Assembly: GCA_942493105.1 (NCBI GenBank)
Contig: OW818668.1
Span: forward strand, 1,860,001 to 1,892,000
Direction of reading: 5' to 3'
DNA length: 32,000 bases
DNA from: an uncultured Erysipelotrichaceae bacterium
GTDB lineage: Bacteria > Bacillota_I > Bacilli_A > Erysipelotrichales > Erysipelotrichaceae
The notes under the pieces are model-generated. The model made no database searches. It was not told where the DNA came from and saw only the letters and a program-made list of their open reading frames with translations. Positions 9,993 to 16,667 of this stretch are shown in pieces. Position 1 is the first letter of the stretch. Each line of letters opens with the position of its first letter. The position numbers and the translations under genes are program-made.

Positions 9993-9999
9993 ATTTATG

Positions 10000-10020
10000 A
10001 ACCTTTAAAAGGTTTTCTTC
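10000..10020 (+). terminator. Weak rho-independent terminator after the deacetylase-like gene
   Basis: aacctt-taa-aaggtt stem-loop followed by tttcttc. The stem is short and AT-rich. Confidence 0.35.
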
Positions 10021-10150
10021 AAAATAGACAGAGAAAAAGGTTTGTATAGCAACATCTTTTTAGACAATTTGCTAAGTTGGTTTTTAAAAAGTTAACAGTG
10101 AAATAGTCTCGAATATGTATTTTGGTCAATTTTTTGATGAATCAAAAATG

Positions 10151-10186
10151 AGAAAATAAAAAGCCTTGAATAAAGGCTTCTTTTGT
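10151..10186 (-). terminator. Rho-independent terminator (possibly bidirectional) immediately 3' of the tRNA fragment
   Basis: Stem aagcctt (10161-10167) pairs with aaggctt (10173-10179). On the minus strand it is followed by tttttattttct, on the plus strand by cttttgt. Confidence 0.55.
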
Positions 10187-10189
10187 AAC

Positions 10190-10206
10190 TGGTGCCCGGG
10201 GACGGA
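10190..10206 (-). other. tRNA 3'-end fragment (T-arm 3' side + acceptor 3' strand + discriminator + CCA); probable att-site remnant marking the island edge
   Basis: Plus strand is tggtgcccggggacgga, whose reverse complement is TCCGTCCCCGGGCACCA. That parses as ..TCCGT C / CCCGGGC / A / CCA. The match to tRNA architecture stops abruptly at 10207 (taataattt), and no D arm or anticodon arm follows. Confidence 0.6.
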
Positions 10207-10548
10207 TAATAATTTAATCGTTCTAAGATTGCATAAGACTGCATAACACTGTATTCTACAGCCTTATTTTACCATAGATGGCATAAGATTTAGCATGATT
10301 TCTTAAGAGCGTGCAAATAGCGTGCAAATGACATCTTGGGATTTTACAGGACACAAGTGGAAAAATAAATCTTAAATTCAATATTCAACCACTTCTGGCA
10401 ATTCCTAATTTGCTTCTGGCTTTTTGTTCCACTTTGATATTCTAAAAAAACTCTACTTTTCTCAACTCACCACCTAGGTTGTAAAATAATATTACTAGAA
10501 CCATTTTTCTTCTTACGTGTATAATTAAGTTAACTTACTGGGGGTAAT

Positions 10549-10968
10549 ATGGTAAAAATAGATGATAACTTGAACTCAGTTTTTGAATCTGTAGCCAAGA
10601 TAGGACAAAGTGTACAACAAAGTTTAAACAAGATGACGAAGGAAGCTAGTCAATATGTTATCGAACACCAAATTGGATTTACCCCCTCAACCCTGATGAT
10701 TAATCCTTATGAGAAATTGATGAGAATTGATATTCCTCCAAACCCACTTATAGCTTTGAATGAGGAATTTCTCATTGAAATAAAGCAGCTAAACTCATCT
10801 ATAGATATAATGAACAAGAAGATAATTGACCTTGAGAATAAAGCTAATGAAACTGAAAGGTCAAATATTAAACGTCAATGGATAATAGCGATAATTTCCA
10901 CTTTACTTGGAGCAATTACAGGTTCAGTTCTTACTATGTTCATTACCCTACTACTCACCCAGAATTAA
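10549..10968 (+). CDS. Hypothetical tail-anchored coiled-coil membrane protein
   Basis: 139-aa ORF with SD gggggt 4 nt upstream and a TATAAT at 10520-10525. It has a coiled-coil-like central part (IDIMNKKIIDLENKANETERSNIKRQ) and a C-terminal TM (WIIAIISTLLGAITGSVLTMFITLLL). I recognise no family. Confidence 0.6.
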   Translation: MVKIDDNLNSVFESVAKIGQSVQQSLNKMTKEASQYVIEHQIGFTPSTLMINPYEKLMRIDIPPNPLIALNEEFLIEIKQLNSSIDIMNKKIIDLENKANETERSNIKRQWIIAIISTLLGAITGSVLTMFITLLLTQN

Positions 10969-11013
10969 ATAGTATGTAGTTGAATGAATAAAAAAACAAG
11001 CGGAGGCAACGTT

Positions 11014-12105
11014 ATGAATAAAGCAACTAATAGAAAAATCAAGAAGTTACCATTTCGAGAAAGGGAAGGTTTAATCAAATTCCTTCCAGACATATTACAA
11101 CTCTTAGGATTTAGTTATGGTTTTTACCTTACATATAATCTTGATAATAAAATTGCTTCGATACTATGTGTATGTTATATATTGCTGTACCTATTTAGGA
11201 TTTTGGGTGTTGCTCAAAGTGATCAAATAAGAAAAGAAAATGAACTCAATACTAATATTGAAGAAACAGAAAAGAAAGACAGAATTGAGATAAGAACTAT
11301 ATGGAGTAATACATTAGTTAAAGTAGCTGAATTATCTGTAATTGCGTACATTATTCTGAATTTGGCTCGACACACTATTCCAATTATTTTTCATATCGGT
11401 TCTGTAGATGCATGGATTGGATTCTCTGGGTCCATTATTTCTGGAATAATTACAATGATGGCTTTATTATACACAATTATGCATGAGGCAAAGATTCGAG
11501 ATGAGGATAAGATACAGAAGAAGATTGAACTCGGATTACAGTTTATGCCAATCATCGAATTATCCTTTGAAAGTGATGGCCAGACAGGTTATGGTTTGAC
11601 ATCTCAAGGAGAACACGATGATGAAGTGGAAAGCTATGTTGCTCAGGCTTCAATAACACTTAATTTTAACAATACCTCTCCTTTTATTGCTCGAGCATTA
11701 TCGTTCACATCTTTCGATGTAGAACAACTTCATCAAAGCGGCTTTGAAGACGTGTTTGTTTACAATAGAAGTGATTTTCTATCAAAGAAATATAGTTTAA
11801 AAACTGAAGCTAATGAATGTATCCAAAACATAAAACTTATTCCAGGAAATGGTAAGAGTAGAACAACGATTACAATACCAATATATGAAGGAAAACTTGA
11901 TGGATTGTATATAAATTGCTTACTTGAGTATTTTGACTATAACAAAGCAATAAAGCATTCTGTTTTAGTCGAAGGCAATTTTTCTATAACATTTGAAGAA
12001 GTTACGCAATCACATGTTTATTTGGATAATGTAGATGTTCTTCAAGAGAAATCAAAGTTTATTAAACTCGAATACTATAGTGGATCATACTCATTTATTG
12101 ACTAG
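11014..12105 (+). CDS. Hypothetical 4-TM membrane protein with ~190-aa C-terminal soluble domain
   Basis: The track ORF starts at 10984, but the ATG at 11014 has GGAGG 7 nt upstream. There are four hydrophobic segments and then a beta-rich-looking C-terminal domain. The gene begins 46 nt after the previous stop, so it is a likely operon partner. I recognise no family. Confidence 0.6.
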   Translation: MNKATNRKIKKLPFREREGLIKFLPDILQLLGFSYGFYLTYNLDNKIASILCVCYILLYLFRILGVAQSDQIRKENELNTNIEETEKKDRIEIRTIWSNTLVKVAELSVIAYIILNLARHTIPIIFHIGSVDAWIGFSGSIISGIITMMALLYTIMHEAKIRDEDKIQKKIELGLQFMPIIELSFESDGQTGYGLTSQGEHDDEVESYVAQASITLNFNNTSPFIARALSFTSFDVEQLHQSGFEDVFVYNRSDFLSKKYSLKTEANECIQNIKLIPGNGKSRTTITIPIYEGKLDGLYINCLLEYFDYNKAIKHSVLVEGNFSITFEEVTQSHVYLDNVDVLQEKSKFIKLEYYSGSYSFID

Positions 12106-12515
12106 TTTTAAACGTATTTCGGGAATTAGTGTTATGACTTAAAGTTATTTCTTATCTATAAAAATAACTAATTAGCTTTTATTATTTAATTTCGAATTAC
12201 TGAATAAAAGATATCTATTAAAGATGGTTTAATCGGCCTTTTGGTACTGAGGTGTGCGACTTTATATTTTGACGTTCCTAAAACGATTTTCTTTGAAGTG
12301 AATTAGTTCGACTTTTTTAGAGTCACAATACTAAAGTTGAATGAATACAAATGGAGAACTAATCCAGTCACAACATTAATTATTAATTAACATGATAAAA
12401 CGAATATATCATGGCTAGGCGAAATATTAAATTAGAAACAAAGATAATGATAATTATTACCAATAGTTTCCAAAAGAAAAATGATCTATAAAAAATAAGG
12501 TTATGGTGAAACAAC

Positions 12516-14384
12516 TTAGAAATCGTCTTCTTTTGTAAGTTTCATTACATATGGTTTCTTTTTAAAATCTTCGATATCGATAACTTTCGGTAATAGACAA
12601 CATTCAGATACAGTGCAAACTCTCGGAATTTCATCATCAATCCACAAATCGGATTCCGAAGACCAAATATATTCAGTAAAAGGAGTTACCAAAATCGAAG
12701 TAATATAGTTAATGTTTTCATTGATAAAGAAGTTTCTACCTTTGTTGTGATTAAGTAACCATTTAACTTTATCTTCAACTTGATGAATACCTTCCAGATT
12801 CTTTTTTTGTCTATGCTGAAGAGTTGCTTTATTTCCCTCTATATATGTTATTGATTGGACATTAGCTTTCAATTCTGCAATAAACAAGATATCTCCAATA
12901 ATGAACGAAATATCAATTTCGCGTGAGGTGTTGTCATTTCCATAAAGTTTCTTTTTGTTTAACCACATTGGCACGCCAACTGTTTTTAATCTTTCTATAA
13001 CAACATCTTCAAACAAGTGACCCTTTTTGTCTTCGGTTGGCTTTAAAAAATGCATCATTGTCCTGAGAATAAAAATTACAGATGCATAATCAACATTTAT
13101 TCCATTGTCAACTGATGGAAAGATTAAGCATCTAGGTCCAATTGTATTTAGTGAAATATTGTTACGGTATGTTCTATTGTATGAGAGGTTCTTAAGTACA
13201 CTTAGTGCATCTTCCTTTGTTAATTTGTAGTCTGAAAGAGATGTAATTTTATCATGAGTTGAAATGAAGATCAAGTTATCAACAAGTTTATCAATGCTCG
13301 AAAATCTCCTGTATGCTCTTTTGAGCAATTCCCTCCCCACAGGTCGATCATCAGTTAAGCAGAAATAAACTTCACTTTGAATCAATGAATATAAAGTCTG
13401 TACGAATGCTTCAATTCTATATCCAAATGTTTTAAGAAACTCTTCACTATAAAATTCATTAGCCACGTAATAGTAGTCAAAGTTAAATGGTACCCATACG
13501 AAATTGTAGATTATCTCTTTATCACCATCATGCAAGAATCTACTTAGAAATAGTTGTTGTTGGGGATAATCGATTTCCGATATCTCATTACTATTATATT
13601 GCGGAACTAATGAAATGCCTTTATTGGCTTCAAGCAATTTGTGATTTAAAAGAACTCCACTCGAACTTGAGAAATCATCAAACTTTGTACCACGTTTATC
13701 ATAAATTCCAATTAACCTATCGGCTTCAGGATCGTTAAGTACAAAGTAACCAGTGCGATTGATGATAAGTTTTCCGCCTTTGTTCAAACGTCTATAACAT
13801 ACAGTTGTGTGCCAATACTCAAAGGCAAGTCTTTCAAGTTGATATATTTCAAGTGCGTCATTATAATCATATTTACCAAGGAAAATCCCTTCTTTTTTTT
13901 CATCAAACATTTTTTTGTTTGCCCCAGTATTAATTAGAGCTTTTTTGAAATGACCAGATGCAATTTCACTAGAGTTTATTAGATGCCCCGGCTTACTCAT
14001 TACTATCTCATTTCCGCAATTGATTTTTCCATATTTTAGAAATGCACATTCTAAAATGTTCCTATAAAGAATTAATGTTTGAGGATCCTCTCCAAAGGTT
14101 TCCTTTGGAGCAATTCTCCTATACAAATGAAACCAATAATAAATACCTTTTCTTGATATCATTTGACACATTTTGTCTTCTATCATATTCTGGATATCTC
14201 GAATCGCATTTACAGCATCGTCAAACTCAAGGGACTCCGAATCATCATATTTTCCAATAAATCTTCCTATAATTAGATTTGCTGGTCTATCTCTGTTTTT
14301 CTTTAAATTTCTTCTCAAGGACAAACCCATATATGAAAAAAGTACATTATGATAATCGAGTCCATAAATTGGTGTAGTTTTCAC
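12516..14384 (-). CDS. Large hypothetical protein with C-terminal NERD/PD-(D/E)xK nuclease-like motif
   Basis: 622-aa ORF with a GTG start. The C-terminal segment GHLFEDVVIERLKTVGV..(x)..SREIDISFIIGDILFIAELKANVQS fits the E...D...E-x-K layout of NERD/restriction-endonuclease-fold domains. The N-terminal ~450 aa has no motif I recognise and no Walker A. Confidence 0.65.
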   Translation of the reverse strand: MKTTPIYGLDYHNVLFSYMGLSLRRNLKKNRDRPANLIIGRFIGKYDDSESLEFDDAVNAIRDIQNMIEDKMCQMISRKGIYYWFHLYRRIAPKETFGEDPQTLILYRNILECAFLKYGKINCGNEIVMSKPGHLINSSEIASGHFKKALINTGANKKMFDEKKEGIFLGKYDYNDALEIYQLERLAFEYWHTTVCYRRLNKGGKLIINRTGYFVLNDPEADRLIGIYDKRGTKFDDFSSSSGVLLNHKLLEANKGISLVPQYNSNEISEIDYPQQQLFLSRFLHDGDKEIIYNFVWVPFNFDYYYVANEFYSEEFLKTFGYRIEAFVQTLYSLIQSEVYFCLTDDRPVGRELLKRAYRRFSSIDKLVDNLIFISTHDKITSLSDYKLTKEDALSVLKNLSYNRTYRNNISLNTIGPRCLIFPSVDNGINVDYASVIFILRTMMHFLKPTEDKKGHLFEDVVIERLKTVGVPMWLNKKKLYGNDNTSREIDISFIIGDILFIAELKANVQSITYIEGNKATLQHRQKKNLEGIHQVEDKVKWLLNHNKGRNFFINENINYITSILVTPFTEYIWSSESDLWIDDEIPRVCTVSECCLLPKVIDIEDFKKKPYVMKLTKEDDF

Positions 14385-14736
14385 GGTCGAACCATTTCCT
14401 TAGTGCAACTTTTCTTTCATTCCATAAACAAATATGGGTCCTATTCTAGTACTCTCATTTTCGCCTATCAAAACATGAATAAACCGCCCATCTATGCGGC
14501 TTTTTACTATATCCTTCTCATTACTTAAAATATTTGATGCCTGGGGACTGATGATGACTATTCCCGACATAAACACTCATAATGCCCATTAAAAGGCTTA
14601 AACGATGATATCTACACTTAAATTATACTAGATTTTCTTTAATTTTCATCCATTTCTAAAAATTCCAAGCAATTTCCAAGCAATTTTAAAATCCTAAGAA
14701 TTAACAGCGATTTAATATAATTTCGCCAGCAATGAC

Positions 14737-15501
14737 CTAGATACTTCTAGTTTTCGCTCTATCCAAAACAATACCATTCAAAACTGGAACGTATTCCTCA
14801 TTATTCATTGTCCAACAGATAATATCACTAAAAAAACTCAAACCCAATTTATTAATTGCGTCTGGGTTTATAAATGCAAAAGTATTTGTTCTATCATAAC
14901 GTTCGTGGAAGCTAGCTTTACTGTAAATTACCGCGGAAACAACATTATTCTTGAGACAATAAAAGAACTGTGAATTTATGGGTGCCCCGTTGTGTTTGAT
15001 GATTTCAGAATTATATATAAATTCAGACTTCACTTCATCATTATGTTCTATGTCATAATGCGTAACTTCATCACTTAGACCAATTAGTATTTCAAATAAT
15101 TCCATTCCATATTCTCGACCCCTGCTCTTGAATTGACCAACAAGCTCTCCTAGATGAATGAAGATAACATAAGGAAGATCTCTTTGCTTGGAATTCACTT
15201 TACTTCTGTTCTTAATAAATTGATCTACTTTATTATTCAATGAATTAGTTATTCGTGGTAGTATGTATGACCTTCTTGCATTTCCGTTAAAGTGACCAGA
15301 TCCGATAAATTTATCGTAACCTTCTATCAGTATATTTCCAAACGCCGGGCAAACACATTCAATATAGACCCCATCAGTTAGAAAATCTGGCCCATAATCA
15401 CTTTTATGATCCTCAGAAACGCTAATATCCCTCTTTAGTCCCAAAAAATAGTCAATACAATTAATTTCATGAGTTTTACTCCAATAATGATTCGATAGCA
15501 C
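14737..15501 (-). CDS. Hypothetical protein (start uncertain; frame open upstream to 15684)
   Basis: 254-aa ORF from a GTG with no SD. The same frame stays open for 61 more codons (..VVTKLDQNNLHFLKINFNQNIELIKTFPDYVFSSQERKFRLEVLKNLYTEACFTK) back to a strong SD (aaaggggga, rc of 15667-15675) and a TATAAT (rc of 15689-15694). A possible PD..E-x-x motif is present (DYGPDF..GVYIECV). I recognise no family. Confidence 0.55.
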   Translation of the reverse strand: MLSNHYWSKTHEINCIDYFLGLKRDISVSEDHKSDYGPDFLTDGVYIECVCPAFGNILIEGYDKFIGSGHFNGNARRSYILPRITNSLNNKVDQFIKNRSKVNSKQRDLPYVIFIHLGELVGQFKSRGREYGMELFEILIGLSDEVTHYDIEHNDEVKSEFIYNSEIIKHNGAPINSQFFYCLKNNVVSAVIYSKASFHERYDRTNTFAFINPDAINKLGLSFFSDIICWTMNNEEYVPVLNGIVLDRAKTRSI

Positions 15502-16102
15502 CTTTGTGAAACACGCTTCAGTATAAAGGTTTTTTAAAACCTCTAGCCGAAACTTCCGTTCTTGTGATGAAAAAACATAATCGGGGAATGTTTTAATTAA
15601 TTCAATATTCTGATTGAAATTGATCTTTAAAAAGTGCAGGTTATTCTGATCTAGTTTCGTAACAACTCCCCCTTTATGCCTTAACTACATTATACTATAA
15701 AAAAAACACTCTGAAGGATGGCTATGTTTCACTTGATGAGTCTTCGCAATGACCATATATTCAAAATATAGTATATTTTCACTAAAAATTTATAAATGCC
15801 GTTCCATCAAAAAGACGTGACAATTTCATGGATGAATATAGTATCAGAAATGTGAATCATTAAGACCTTGTTAATATCGGTAGTCTTCTGTGCGAATGGA
15901 ATGACGAGTAAAAAATCATTCCGCCAAATGGGGATGTCGAAAATTTATATTTGTTTTAGTAATAATCAAGTTATAATTAAATCAAATTAGGGGGGATAAA
16001 AAATGCAAAAATGCAATCAACAATTTAGACGGGTAGATAATCTATCAATACTTTAGTGTTTAGAATTACCAGACAAAGAACAAAACACTTTAAGGAGGAG
16101 AC

Positions 16103-16372
16103 ATGAAAAAATTGGTATTAGTTTTATGTGCATTTTTATTGGCAAGTTGTAGTGATGTAAAAAATAATCCAATAATTGAGAAACCAGTTGTTGAGAAACC
16201 AGTTGTTGAGAAACCAGTTGTTGAAACTGTAAGTCAAAGTAATGCTGTTCGTAAAGCAAAAGTCTATTTAGAAATTTCTGCATATTCAAGAAAAGGATTG
16301 ATTGCGCAATTGGAGTATGAAGGATTTACGAATGAACAGGCCATCCACGGTGTTGATTCTACTGGATTATAA
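16103..16372 (+). CDS. Lipoprotein with Ltp-like domain (phage superinfection-exclusion lipoprotein family)
   Basis: 89 aa with SD aaggagga. It has a signal peptide with a lipobox (LCAFLLASC), an (EKPVV)x3 linker and a C-terminal segment, AVRKAKVYLEISAYSRKGLIAQLEYEGFTNEQAIHGVD. That segment matches the 'host cell surface-exposed lipoprotein' Ltp repeat pattern. Confidence 0.7.
   Translation: MKKLVLVLCAFLLASCSDVKNNPIIEKPVVEKPVVEKPVVETVSQSNAVRKAKVYLEISAYSRKGLIAQLEYEGFTNEQAIHGVDSTGL
16178..16222 (+). repeat. Perfect 15-nt tandem repeat x3 (gagaaaccagttgtt) encoding EKPVV x3 in the lipoprotein linker
   Basis: Read directly. Units are 16178-16192, 16193-16207 and 16208-16222, followed by a partial fourth unit (gaaac). 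Confidence 0.95.
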
Positions 16373-16667
16373 TAATATATACATTTATATACAAACTATT
16401 TTACGCTCTCCCCAATTAGCCGATATTGATCATTACTGTTAGATAATTAATTGAACTCGAAATCTACAACGAGGAACTATTTCAATTTATCATTTGTGCA
16501 TATACTCAAGATGAACAGATTCTAGGTTTAAATACTCCGTTTATTTAAAAATAGACATCAAAAATAACCGGAACAATACTAGATAATTGGTTCCCCGTAC
16601 ATAAAAATGTATAAATATGCTAGTATTTCTTATATCAAAAGAATTTCTTCAAAGGGGGATAAAATGA

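Noticed and set aside
13487-14260. Plus-strand ORFs 13487-13738 and 14042-14260
   Set aside because: Both are antisense to the 622-aa gene, and their sequences look like reverse-frame artefacts.
16178-16222. Possible CRISPR-like or regulatory repeat
   Set aside because: The units are directly abutting 15-mers with no spacers. They are in frame within a well-supported lipoprotein ORF, so this is a coding tandem repeat.
16053-16289. 78-aa minus-strand ORF with QQLVS repeats
   Set aside because: It is an antisense reading of the lipoprotein gene. Its repeat is just the reverse complement of the EKPVV tandem repeat.
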